Source: Phycisphaerales bacterium (GTDB lineage: Bacteria; Planctomycetota; Phycisphaerae; Phycisphaerales; UBA1924). From it: 64,000 nucleotides of DNA. The position numbers were made by a program, and so were the translations under genes. Positions within the stretch are counted from its first letter, which is position 1, and every line of letters starts with the position of its first letter. The notes below the pieces were generated by a model. The model made no database searches. It had not been told where the DNA came from and saw nothing but the letters and a program-made list of their open reading frames with translations. Location of the stretch: positions 928,001-992,000 of the forward strand of contig OZ245777.1 of assembly GCA_965227775.1 (NCBI GenBank), read 5' to 3'. Shown piece after piece: positions 9,438 to 18,809 of the stretch.

Positions 9438-10838
9438 TCAGCCGTCGAACAGCGTCTGGAACGCCAGAAAGTCAAACTCGGTAAACTGACCATCGAGATC
9501 GATATCGGCCCGCGGATCGCGCGCGTACCAAAACGTCTGGAAGCGCAAGAAGTCATGAATCGTGAGTGCGCCATCGCGATCCAGGTCGGCAGGATGACGC
9601 ACAAATTCCTCGGCAAGCCTGAGCGTGCCTTCGAGAAGCTCCTCGCCCGCGGGAAGGATCTGGTCGGGCGGCGGATCGAACCCGGGCAACGTGATCGGTC
9701 CGGTCGGCCGGAGTTCGATCGTCCAGGAAAGCACATCGAGTTCGCCGTAGAACCAGTCCGTCGCGTTGCCGCTGTACAGGTACAGCACGGTTGCGCCCGT
9801 CCCGACTTCGTACTCCGCCCCGGTTGCCTGTCGCACACCGTCGGCGAAGGCGTTGCCTAGGTCGGTCATCTCCGCAATGTCAGCCGGTTCTTCACGTGTG
9901 TAGCCCCAGGGGCTGAGCACGAACTGGCTGAACGTGTGCACATCGAGGTGGCCGACGATGCGGTCACGCATCGGTTGGATCGCGTCAACGAAGGAAACGA
10001 GTTCCGGCTCGCTGAACGGTTCCGGGCCGCGGTAGTTATTGCTGCCAGGGCTCGAACTCGAACCCGCACCCCCCCACTCGAACGCCCAGTTGCGATTGAG
10101 ATCAACGCCGAAGAGCCGGTCATCGATCCTGCGCTTGTTCTTCCGCCAGAATCGCTGGTCGGTCCACGTGAAGTCGAAACCATCGGGGTTGACCATCGGC
10201 AGAAACACCCACTCGAGCTCGTTGAGCAGGTGCGTGATGCGCGGATCGACGCCGTAACCGTCGACCAGACTCTCGATGACGTACGTCGTCGCCGCCGGGC
10301 TCACCCACTCGCGCGCGTGCTGGCACGCGTTGATGACGAACACGGGCTTGTCTGCGCGACCATCCCCATTCAGCACGAATCGCGGGATGTCGCGGCCCTC
10401 AAGCGACGAGCCGATGGTTTCGAGCATTGCCACACCCGCTGAAGAGCCCGCGATGGCCGCCCACCGCTGGCGATACTCGTCCAGCGTGCGATACTCCTCG
10501 TACCAGGCGACGTCGTCACGCCGCGAGCGCGCCGCGATCCGCGCACGCTCGGCGTCGACGACGACCTGCAGATCAGCCTCGAGCACGTCGTGATCGATCC
10601 CGAGGTCGAGAAACCTCGCATACTGCTCGCCCGACAAGCGCATGTCGATCGGCATGAGGGGCACGATGCGATGCGTCCAGATGTCGGGCGACAGCGGCTC
10701 GATCGCCTCCATCACCGCGCGCGTCGCCATCGGAACGCGCACGTGCTTGTGCCCGCTATAGGGGCCCTCGGTTTCCTGCGCACGCGCAGCGCCCAGCATC
10801 GCCAGAGCGGTGAGCGTCGCGAGCGCCGTGCGCATCAT
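9438..10838 (-). CDS. Secreted M14 zinc carboxypeptidase with C-terminal dockerin-like module
   Basis: CQHAREW, NPDG, WRKN, GVDLNRNW, LDVHTF, TIELR; tail PADLDRDG...FDG. Confidence 0.9.
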   Translation of the reverse strand: MMRTALATLTALAMLGAARAQETEGPYSGHKHVRVPMATRAVMEAIEPLSPDIWTHRIVPLMPIDMRLSGEQYARFLDLGIDHDVLEADLQVVVDAERARIAARSRRDDVAWYEEYRTLDEYRQRWAAIAGSSAGVAMLETIGSSLEGRDIPRFVLNGDGRADKPVFVINACQHAREWVSPAATTYVIESLVDGYGVDPRITHLLNELEWVFLPMVNPDGFDFTWTDQRFWRKNKRRIDDRLFGVDLNRNWAFEWGGAGSSSSPGSNNYRGPEPFSEPELVSFVDAIQPMRDRIVGHLDVHTFSQFVLSPWGYTREEPADIAEMTDLGNAFADGVRQATGAEYEVGTGATVLYLYSGNATDWFYGELDVLSWTIELRPTGPITLPGFDPPPDQILPAGEELLEGTLRLAEEFVRHPADLDRDGALTIHDFLRFQTFWYARDPRADIDLDGQFTEFDFLAFQTLFDG

Positions 10839-10845
10839 GCTTGCC

Positions 10846-13191
10846 TCAGGCGTCAAACAGCGTCTGGTACGCCAGGAAATCGAACAGCGTGAACGCGCCA
10901 TCCCGATCGATGTCCGCCGCCGGGTCGCCGTCTTCCCAGAGCGTCTGGAAAAGCAGGAAGTCGAAGATCGTCAGCACCCCGTCGCGATCAAAGTCGGCCG
11001 GGTTGGGTGGGCCGCAATCAACCTCATACACGAGCTCATCGATGCCGGCCTCGACCAGCGAACCATCGCCCTCATCGGCTGCGATGAACATCAGACGCAT
11101 CTGATCGGTCGGCTCGATGACGTCTTCGATGCGGTAGCGCCTGGTCTCCCAGCCATTGGTCGACTGGTTGGACGCGTCCAGCAGCTCCCACGACACGCCG
11201 TCGTCGTTGCTGATGAACACGGCGAACGTGTCCTGCCCGCCAGCGGCGCCCTGGTTATTGCTGTACCACAGCGAGAACGACACGAATCGCTCGGGGTTGA
11301 GCGCGCCCGCCGTTGCCGTCGCATCGAACGCCGGCGACACGAGCGACGTGAACCCGTCGTCGACGTCGTACGTGCCGGCCGAATCGCCCGCACGCGGATC
11401 GGTAAACCAGCCGTTGACGCCATCGGGCGACGCGTCGTCCTCGGGCTGCGCGGTCGTCTCTTCCGGATCGCCGTTGGCCCACTGGCCCGTGGCGGCGGTG
11501 TCGTCCGGCAGGCCGGCGATCCACTCGCCCTCGACCTCGCAGGCATCGCGTAAGACCACGGTCGGGTCGGTCGATCGGTGCGTCAGCGTGCCGGCGGCCG
11601 GGTAGCGATACACCGTGCCGTCGAGCGTTGCCGCCTCAACATAGAACTCCGCAAGCTCGCCGCACTGAAGCGCGGGCAGCTCGATCGAGTAGTCCTCTCC
11701 GTCAACGTTCACGACCGTTGCCGGCAGGAACTCATCGCCCGGGTTCACGCGAGCGAAGCCGGCCACCGTCGCCGGGTCGAGCTCGTCCAGGCCGTTGCGC
11801 ACCTCGAACAGTCGGGTCGACGTCTCGCCGACCGGCGCACCCTCGACCTGCGGCGTCACGTGAAAGCGCAGCGGTTGGGCCATCATCTCGGCGGCGCGAA
11901 GCACGCCCTCGACCAGCTCTCGTCCCGTCGGTAGGATCTGATCGGGCTCGGGGTCGAAGCCGCCGGCCCGGCTGGAGACCGGCCGAAGCTCGATGGTCCA
12001 GCCAAAGCCCTCGCCATCGGTCTCGCCGTACACCCAGTCCTTGGCCGAGCCGCTGGTCAGGTACAGGCCGCTGCTGCCCTGGGCGGCGGTGTAGACCTCG
12101 CCCGAGATGTCGAAAATGCCGCCGGCGATCGTGTCGCCGATCTCCTGGAACACCGAGTCATCCTCGGACGGTTCGAACGAGAACCCAACCGGGTGCAACA
12201 CGAGCTGCCCGAAGGTGTGCACATCGAGGTGGATCACGGTGCGGTCGCGCCGATCGCCCACGAACGCCGTGAACACCTGCAGCTCGGGCTCGCTGAACGG
12301 CCCCGTGCCGCGATATGTCTGGCTCCCCGGGTCGGCGCTCGCGCCGGGCTCACCCCACGCGACCGACCAGTTGCGGTTGAGGTCGACGCCGAATTCGTCG
12401 CTGCCATCGATGTCGCGGCGGTTCTTGCGCCAGAAGCGCTCGTCGGTCCACGTAAAGTCGAAGCCGTCGGGGTTCACCATGGGAACGATGACCCACTCCA
12501 GCTCGTCGAGCAAACGCGTGATGCGCGCGTCGCTTCCGTAGCCCTCGACGAGCTGCTCGATCAGGAACGTCGTGGCCGCGGGACTCACCCACTCGCGCGC
12601 GTGCTGGCACGCGTTGATCAGCATCACAGGCTTGCCCTCGGCGCCGTTACCATTGAGCACGAAGCCCGGCATGTCGCGACCCTCGAGCGACTGGCCGATG
12701 ACCTGGAAGCCCGCGACGTCGGGATTGATATCCGAGATCTGCTGCCAGCGCGCCCAGAACTCGTCGAGCGTGCGGTACTCGTCGTAGAACGTCAGGTCGT
12801 CGCGCTGGCTGCGATCGCGGATGCGTGCCATCTCGGCATCGACCGCGACCTGCAAGTCGTCGACGAGCACGTCGTGCGTCAGGTCGAGATCGATGAAGCG
12901 CGCGTACTGCTCGGGACTCAGCCGAAGTTCGACAGGCTTCAGCGGCATGATCGTGTGCGTCCAGATGTCCGCACCCAGCGGCTCGATCGCCTGCATCACC
13001 CGGCGCGTCGCCGAGGGAACGCGCACGAGCTTGTGGCCCACATAAGGCCCGGCCTCCTGCTCGGGCTGCGCCTGCGCAACCTGGGCCGGCGCGAGCGTCT
13101 GACCCACGGCCAGTCCGGAAGCGGTCAGCAGCGAGAGCGCTGACACCGAGGCAATGAACGAGCGTGCACCACGAGCGGAATCGATCGACAT
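10846..13191 (-). CDS. Secreted M14 zinc carboxypeptidase with extra beta domains and dockerin-like module
   Basis: Same M14 motifs; jelly-roll-like region (SLVSPAFD...ISNDDGVSWE...EAGID); tail PADFDRDG...FDA. Confidence 0.9.
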   Translation of the reverse strand: MSIDSARGARSFIASVSALSLLTASGLAVGQTLAPAQVAQAQPEQEAGPYVGHKLVRVPSATRRVMQAIEPLGADIWTHTIMPLKPVELRLSPEQYARFIDLDLTHDVLVDDLQVAVDAEMARIRDRSQRDDLTFYDEYRTLDEFWARWQQISDINPDVAGFQVIGQSLEGRDMPGFVLNGNGAEGKPVMLINACQHAREWVSPAATTFLIEQLVEGYGSDARITRLLDELEWVIVPMVNPDGFDFTWTDERFWRKNRRDIDGSDEFGVDLNRNWSVAWGEPGASADPGSQTYRGTGPFSEPELQVFTAFVGDRRDRTVIHLDVHTFGQLVLHPVGFSFEPSEDDSVFQEIGDTIAGGIFDISGEVYTAAQGSSGLYLTSGSAKDWVYGETDGEGFGWTIELRPVSSRAGGFDPEPDQILPTGRELVEGVLRAAEMMAQPLRFHVTPQVEGAPVGETSTRLFEVRNGLDELDPATVAGFARVNPGDEFLPATVVNVDGEDYSIELPALQCGELAEFYVEAATLDGTVYRYPAAGTLTHRSTDPTVVLRDACEVEGEWIAGLPDDTAATGQWANGDPEETTAQPEDDASPDGVNGWFTDPRAGDSAGTYDVDDGFTSLVSPAFDATATAGALNPERFVSFSLWYSNNQGAAGGQDTFAVFISNDDGVSWELLDASNQSTNGWETRRYRIEDVIEPTDQMRLMFIAADEGDGSLVEAGIDELVYEVDCGPPNPADFDRDGVLTIFDFLLFQTLWEDGDPAADIDRDGAFTLFDFLAYQTLFDA

Positions 13192-13284
13192 GAGAAGCGT
13201 CTCCTAATAAGGAAAGTCGGGTCGGCGCCCGCCACTGTTCGGTACGGCCCGCCCGCCCCGGACGTTTCCCGAGCCGTCCGTATC

Positions 13285-14811
13285 ATGTCCGCCATGGCCG
13301 AGCAGGCGGGCATCCCCGATCAAAGCACCGGCGGCATCCAACGCTGGACCTCGCTCGTCGGGCTCGGCCTCGGCCCGGTCGTCGCCGTGTTCGTCGGCCT
13401 GCTGCTGCCAGACTCGGTGCCCGGGGCCGAGGGCGCCATCGAACTCAGCCGGGCAGCCCGCGTCACCGCGGCAGTCGCGTCGCTCATGGCCATCTGGTGG
13501 CTTACCGAAGCGTTGCCTTTGAGTGCAACGGCGCTGCTGCCCATCGCATTGCTTCCGATGCTGGGTGCCACGAGCATCGGCGAGGCGACCGCCCCGTACG
13601 CGCGGCCGGTCATTTTCCTGTTCCTTGGCGGCTTCATGCTGGGCCTGGCCATGGAGCGCTGGGGCCTGCACAAGCGCATCGCACTACTGACCATCCTCGC
13701 GGTCGGCACCGGACCGCGTTCGGTCATCGCCGGCTTCATGCTCGCAACGGCGGTGCTCAGCGCGTTCGTCTCGAACACGGCGACGGTGATCATGCTCATC
13801 CCCATCGCCACCAGCGTGCTTGCAACGCTGCCCGAGAATCCAGACGCGCCCGAAGGCGCACGGGCGCGCTTTGCCACCTGCATGGTGCTGGCGATCGCAT
13901 ACGCCGCCTCGATCGGCGGCATCGCCACGCTCATCGGCACGCCACCCAACGCAGTGCTCGCGGGCTTTGTGGAAGGTCGGGAGGAGTACGCCATCAGCTT
14001 CGGCCGGTGGATGCTGCACGCGGTCCCGCTCGTCGCCGTGCTGCTGCCGATCGCCTACCTGCTGCTCGTCGGCCCGCTGTTTCGCATCAAGGGCGCCATC
14101 GGCGGCAGCCGGTCCGCCGTCAGGGAACAGCTCGACGGGCTCGGCCCCATGAAGCCAGGCGAGTGGGTGGTGCTCGTCATCTTCTGCATCACGGCGAGCT
14201 TGTGGATCTTCAAGGACCTTGTGACGGGCGTGCAGATCGTGCGCGATCTGGGCATCAATCTGAGCGACGCGCAGATCGCGATGCTTGCGGCGATCGCGCT
14301 CTTCGTTGTGCCTGTGAATAAACGATGGACGACGTTCGCCCTCAATTGGGACACGGCGCGCAAGGCGCCGTTCGGCATCCTCCTGCTCTTCGGCGGCGGG
14401 CTCAGCCTCGCGGCAGCAGTGAGTGCGACGGGGCTCGACGCCGCGATCGGCCAGCAATTCGCTCGACTGCAGGGCGTGCCCGTCTGGCTCATCGTGCTGG
14501 GCCTGTGCCTGACCGTGACGTTCCTGACCGAGCTCACCAGCAACACGGCGGTGACCACCGCGCTGCTACCCGTGCTCGCCGCCGCGGGACCGGCCCTGGG
14601 CATCGAGGACGCGTACTTGTTATTGCCCGCGGCGGTGTCGGCCTCGTGCGCGTTCATGCTGCCGGTCGCAACACCACCGAATGCGGTCGCGTTCGCGAGC
14701 GGTCACGCCACCATCATGCAGATGGCGCGTACGGGCGTGCTCCTCAACATCCTGTTCGCCGGCGCGGTGACAGCGTGGGTGATGATCGTCGCGCCCAGGC
14801 TCTTTGTCTGA
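13285..14811 (+). CDS. SLC13/DASS family Na+:dicarboxylate/sulfate symporter
   Basis: WWLTEALP, SNTAT, TLIGTPPN, TELTSNTA, FMLPVATPPNA; many TM helices. Confidence 0.93.
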   Translation: MSAMAEQAGIPDQSTGGIQRWTSLVGLGLGPVVAVFVGLLLPDSVPGAEGAIELSRAARVTAAVASLMAIWWLTEALPLSATALLPIALLPMLGATSIGEATAPYARPVIFLFLGGFMLGLAMERWGLHKRIALLTILAVGTGPRSVIAGFMLATAVLSAFVSNTATVIMLIPIATSVLATLPENPDAPEGARARFATCMVLAIAYAASIGGIATLIGTPPNAVLAGFVEGREEYAISFGRWMLHAVPLVAVLLPIAYLLLVGPLFRIKGAIGGSRSAVREQLDGLGPMKPGEWVVLVIFCITASLWIFKDLVTGVQIVRDLGINLSDAQIAMLAAIALFVVPVNKRWTTFALNWDTARKAPFGILLLFGGGLSLAAAVSATGLDAAIGQQFARLQGVPVWLIVLGLCLTVTFLTELTSNTAVTTALLPVLAAAGPALGIEDAYLLLPAAVSASCAFMLPVATPPNAVAFASGHATIMQMARTGVLLNILFAGAVTAWVMIVAPRLFV

Positions 14812-14820
14812 ACGGCAAGG

Positions 14821-15171
14821 TCACGCCCGCGGGCGCTGCTCAAACTTCCAGCGGCGGATCGGCACGCCCGCGGCCCGTGAGAGCTCGAGCGCTCCCCCAC
14901 TGCGTAGCCAACGCGCCGCCGCGTGCTGGTCGGCACCGCTCGATACGCGTACGACGAGCACGCCGCGCGTCACACGGTCGGCAGCCGTTCGATCGCCCAA
15001 GCCCCCAGGCGCAAGCCCGGCCCACGCCTGCTGGATCGACTGGCCAGAACGAGCAACAGCGTCGAACCCCATCCTGGCCTGACGGAACTCGTTCTCGAGG
15101 TCGAGCCGGGGCGATCGCGTCCTCCAGCCGCGGAGGCGGTCGATCTGGGCGAGGCTGTCTGTGTGGCTCAT
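14821..15171 (-). CDS. DciA/DUF721-like protein
   Basis: IQQAWAGLAPGGLGDRT...VTRGVLVVRVSS pattern, about 116 aa. Confidence 0.6.
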   Translation of the reverse strand: MSHTDSLAQIDRLRGWRTRSPRLDLENEFRQARMGFDAVARSGQSIQQAWAGLAPGGLGDRTAADRVTRGVLVVRVSSGADQHAAARWLRSGGALELSRAAGVPIRRWKFEQRPRA

Positions 15172-15287
15172 GTTCGGTTTCATGATCACATGTTCGGTTA
15201 AAGATCGGAGTCAGCTGCACAATATTCTTGTTTTGTATGGATTTTGTGCAGCAACACCCAGACACCGCCCCGGCATATCCTCGGCTC

Positions 15288-16358
15288 ATGTCCACGCGGA
15301 TCACCATCGCCGGTCTGACGAAGACTTTCGGCCGGGCCGACCGGCAGGTCAAGGCCGTCGACGCGATCGACCTAGTGATCGAGCCCGGAGAGATCTTCTT
15401 TCTGCTCGGCCCGTCGGGCTGCGGGAAGACCACGCTGCTGCGCATGATCGCGGGCTTCATCGAGCCCACGTCGGGCACCATCCACTTCAACGACCGTGAC
15501 ATTACCAATCAAAGTCCAAACAATCGTAATGCGGGTATGGTGTTCCAGAGCTACGCACTCTGGCCGCACATGACCGCAGCCGAGAACGTCGCGTTTGGCC
15601 TGAAGGTCCGGAAGCTCGAAAAGGAAGAGCGCCTGAAGCGAGCGCGTGCAGCGCTCGAAGACGTGCAGCTCGCCCACCTGGCCGACCGCAAGCCGGGCGA
15701 GCTCTCGGGCGGCCAACAGCAGCGGGTGGCCCTCGCCCGGGCCTTGGTCATCCGCCCGGACGTCTTGCTGCTGGACGAGCCGCTCTCCAACCTCGACGCC
15801 CGGCTGCGCAACGACCTCCGCGAGGAGATCCGGCGGATCTGCAAGTCGTCTGGCATTACCACGGTCTACGTCACCCATGACCAGAAGGAAGCCCTGAGCG
15901 TGGCCGATCGGATTGCCGTCATGAAGGACGGCAAGGTGGTCCAGGCCGGCTCCCCGATGGAGCTCTATCGCCGCCCCACCACGACCTTTGCCGCGGCTTT
16001 CCTCGGCGAGACCAACCTGATCAAGGGGACGCTTGAGAGCGGTGGGGCGGCCGGATCGGTCGTCGAGATCAAGACCGATGTCGGCCGGCTGCGAGGCACC
16101 CTCGCCGGCGAGGCCGACGCCGGCCGCCAGGTGAGTATCTCGGTGCGTCCTGAGAGCCTGCGGGCGGCCGAGCGTGGCTCCATCGGGGGCGCGGTCGAGG
16201 CGTCAACCTATCTCGGAGACGTCGCCCACCACCGCGTAAAGACGAAGGATGGGGGCGTTCTGAGCGTTTCGGAGTTCGCCCCGGGCCCTTCGAGCGCATT
16301 TGCAGCCGAGGTCGAGCTCGATGTGGCTCCCCAGGACGCGATTGTCCTGGTTGATTAG
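15288..16358 (+). CDS. ABC transporter ATP-binding protein (PotA/FbpC/MalK type, TOBE domain)
   Basis: GPSGCGKTT, VFQSYALWPH, LSGGQQQR, LLLDEPLSNLD, YVTHDQ. Confidence 0.93.
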   Translation: MSTRITIAGLTKTFGRADRQVKAVDAIDLVIEPGEIFFLLGPSGCGKTTLLRMIAGFIEPTSGTIHFNDRDITNQSPNNRNAGMVFQSYALWPHMTAAENVAFGLKVRKLEKEERLKRARAALEDVQLAHLADRKPGELSGGQQQRVALARALVIRPDVLLLDEPLSNLDARLRNDLREEIRRICKSSGITTVYVTHDQKEALSVADRIAVMKDGKVVQAGSPMELYRRPTTTFAAAFLGETNLIKGTLESGGAAGSVVEIKTDVGRLRGTLAGEADAGRQVSISVRPESLRAAERGSIGGAVEASTYLGDVAHHRVKTKDGGVLSVSEFAPGPSSAFAAEVELDVAPQDAIVLVD

Positions 16359-17047
16359 ACTGCCGGAAGTTCCACGTGGAACGTTGTGCCCTGGTCGGGC
16401 GCGGACGTGACCCGAAGCTTTCCGCCCCACCGCTGGCACAGCATACGCACCACCACCAGGCCGATGCCCTTGGAGCCTTGTGGTAGCCCGCCGCTGTTTA
16501 TGGAAGCCACACTGCGCTCATCGAGGCCACGCCCCTGGTCATCGATCCAGATCAGCCAGGTCGCGGACTTCCACGCAGTGGCGGGGGTGTAGGCCGTCGA
16601 AATGGAGACCTTTGATCCGCTTGAGGAGGCGTTGATCGCGTTCAGCACCAGATTGAGCACGATGTGCTCGGCGACGATCGCGGGTGCCGCAATCTGGCCC
16701 GGCCCATCGTGCGAGAGCTCGAGCGCAATGCCCGATTCCCTTGCTCGATCCCCCGCCGCGACCATCACTGACTGGAGCGCCTCAGCGAGCGGCGAGGATG
16801 GAGCTTCGTCGGCGCCGTGCTTCGTGAGATCAACGAGCAGGCTGCAGATGGCGACGGCCCGCTGGCAGCGATCGACCGCACGCTCGATAAGCTGGTCGCG
16901 GACCTGATCGTCGCCCGAGGTGTGCTCGAGCAGATCGGCGAGCCCGACAACCGGGGTCAGCAGGTTGTTGACCTCGTGCGCAATCGCAGCAGCGATCCAC
17001 TCGCCGGCATCGCGCGGCTCGGCCTGCTCTTGCAGCTCTCGCTCCAT
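16355..17047 (-). CDS. Histidine kinase (HisKA + HATPase only, no sensor domain)
   Basis: AHEVNNLLT, NLVLNAINA, DDQGRG, GIGL, GTTF. Confidence 0.85.
   Translation of the reverse strand: MERELQEQAEPRDAGEWIAAAIAHEVNNLLTPVVGLADLLEHTSGDDQVRDQLIERAVDRCQRAVAICSLLVDLTKHGADEAPSSPLAEALQSVMVAAGDRARESGIALELSHDGPGQIAAPAIVAEHIVLNLVLNAINASSSGSKVSISTAYTPATAWKSATWLIWIDDQGRGLDERSVASINSGGLPQGSKGIGLVVVRMLCQRWGGKLRVTSAPDQGTTFHVELPAV
16368..16383. promoter_or_regulatory. parS site (inside the histidine kinase CDS)
   Basis: aGTTCCACGTGGAACg, perfect 14-bp palindrome matching the parS consensus, about 750 bp from parB. Confidence 0.75.
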
Positions 17048-17088
17048 GCCTCAAGCATCGGTTTCAATTGCTCGGAAGCTAAGCAAAC

Positions 17089-17104
17089 CGTGTCACGTGG
17101 AACA
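17089..17104. promoter_or_regulatory. parS-like site immediately upstream of parB
   Basis: cGTGTCACGTGGAACA, 26 bp before the parB ATG. Confidence 0.65.
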
Positions 17105-17130
17105 CCCTGGGCTGCCCGATAAACTAGCTC

Positions 17131-18045
17131 ATGGCAACCCAACGACCCCGCAAGCTTGGCCGAGGACTCTCCAGCCTGCTCGAAGACGCGGCTCCGTCGC
17201 GCGTCGAGATTTCAAGTCCACAATTATCGGACGACAAAGATGGTATCAGGGAAATCCTGATAAATGACATCCGGCCAAACTCGTTCCAGCCACGCATCAA
17301 GTTCGATGATCGGCACCTGGCTGAGCTGGCGGCATCGATCAAGCTCGCGGGGCTTATGCAGCCCATTGTCGTGCGCCCGGTGGATGGCGGGAAGTTCGAG
17401 CTGATTGCAGGCGAGCGGCGGTGGCGAGCCTGCCGGATGGCCGGGCTTGCCACGGTGCCGGCGATCGTGCGCGAGGCCGACGATCGCAACTCTGCCGAGC
17501 TCGCGCTCATCGAGAACGTGCAGCGGACGGATCTGAACCCGATCGAGCGGGCCAACGCGTTCCGCGCGCTCATGGGCAAGTTCTCGATGACCCAGTCCGA
17601 CGTTGCCGACCGGGTGGGCCTTGATCGCTCCTCGGTCGCCAATCTGCTGCGACTTCTTGAGTTGCCCGAGGACATCCAGAACATGATCTCCGACGGCGTG
17701 CTCTCCGCAGGTCATGGCAAGATGCTGGCATCGGTGGGAGATGACTCGCAGCGACGCGCGCTCGTGGAGCGCATCGTGCGCGAGCACTTATCGGTACGTC
17801 AGACGGAGAAGGCCGTACGTGACATCGCCCAGCGCACCAAGGCCGGCGATGGCGTGAAGGCGACGGACGGAACCGAAAGCGACGCGAACATTCGCGATCT
17901 CGAAGCAAAGCTGGGCGAGCACCTCAAGACGCGGGTTCGCATCGATGTTTCGGGCAAAGGCGACAAGGGCAAGCTCGTCATCGAGTTCTACGACCTCGAG
18001 CACTTTGACGGCCTGATGCGCGCGATGGGATTCGAATCCCAATAG
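17131..18045 (+). CDS. parB: Chromosome partitioning protein ParB/Spo0J
   Basis: LGRGLSSLL, PNSFQPR, LIAGERRWRA, ALIENVQRTDLNPIE, HTH RSSVANLLRLL. Confidence 0.96.
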   Translation: MATQRPRKLGRGLSSLLEDAAPSRVEISSPQLSDDKDGIREILINDIRPNSFQPRIKFDDRHLAELAASIKLAGLMQPIVVRPVDGGKFELIAGERRWRACRMAGLATVPAIVREADDRNSAELALIENVQRTDLNPIERANAFRALMGKFSMTQSDVADRVGLDRSSVANLLRLLELPEDIQNMISDGVLSAGHGKMLASVGDDSQRRALVERIVREHLSVRQTEKAVRDIAQRTKAGDGVKATDGTESDANIRDLEAKLGEHLKTRVRIDVSGKGDKGKLVIEFYDLEHFDGLMRAMGFESQ

Positions 18046-18184
18046 CAGGTTCTATGAAATCACTTTTATCATCACCTGTCGCTTCGATGCGTCAGGGATG
18101 ATAACATCCCTCTTCTCGGGGGTACTCGCGGCGCGCACTTCGTTGCTCGTCTGCCCAATATCTGTTCGTACCCTCGGAGCACGC

Positions 18185-18793
18185 ATGGCACGTACGAAGA
18201 AGACCTCGAAGCGATCGACAAGCCGTTCGAAGGCAACGCCGTCGCTGAAGAACCTTACTGTTTCTGAGTTGCACGATGAACTCGAGCGTCGGCGCGAGGC
18301 CGCCGTCGAGCTGGCCGAAGAGCGCGCCGAGTTGCTCGACCGCGTCGCCGAGATCGACGACTACCTCGCCGAGCTTGGCGTGAGCACGACTACGGGTCGC
18401 TCGCGCGGCCGTCCGCGCAAGACATCGGCGAAGGCAACTCGCGCCCACGGCGGTGGGCGAAGCCGCGCAACCAAGAAGGCCGGCAAGAAGACGAGCAAGC
18501 GTGCGACGTCGCGGAAGACTTCCTCGCGCTCGGTCTCGAAAAAGGTGAGCGTCAAGAAGCCGACCAAGCCGCGTGGTTCGCGCAAGCGCCATCGCAACGA
18601 CACGAACCTTGTCGAGGCGCTGCAGCAGGTGCTCAGCGGCACGACCATGGGCGTAACCGAGGCGGCCGCCGCGGTGCAGGCTGCGGGCTACAAGACGACG
18701 AGCCCCAACTTCCGCACCATCGTCAACCAGACGCTCATCAAGCACTCCGATGCCTTCAGCAAGAAGAGCCGCGGCAAGTACACCGCAAAGTAA
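18185..18793 (+). CDS. Basic putative nucleoid-associated protein (coiled coil, AT-hook, K/R-rich linker, wHTH-like end)
   Basis: MARTKKTSKRST..., coiled coil ELERRRE..LLDRVAEID, RGRPRK, C-terminal LVEALQQVL...GYKTTSPNFRTIVNQTL...RGKY. Confidence 0.75.
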   Translation: MARTKKTSKRSTSRSKATPSLKNLTVSELHDELERRREAAVELAEERAELLDRVAEIDDYLAELGVSTTTGRSRGRPRKTSAKATRAHGGGRSRATKKAGKKTSKRATSRKTSSRSVSKKVSVKKPTKPRGSRKRHRNDTNLVEALQQVLSGTTMGVTEAAAAVQAAGYKTTSPNFRTIVNQTLIKHSDAFSKKSRGKYTAK

Positions 18794-18809
18794 GCCCGTT
18801 CTCTGACTC

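Noticed and set aside
10160..11866. Other CACGTG-centred sequences as parS
   Set aside because: The flanks do not form the GTT..AAC palindrome.
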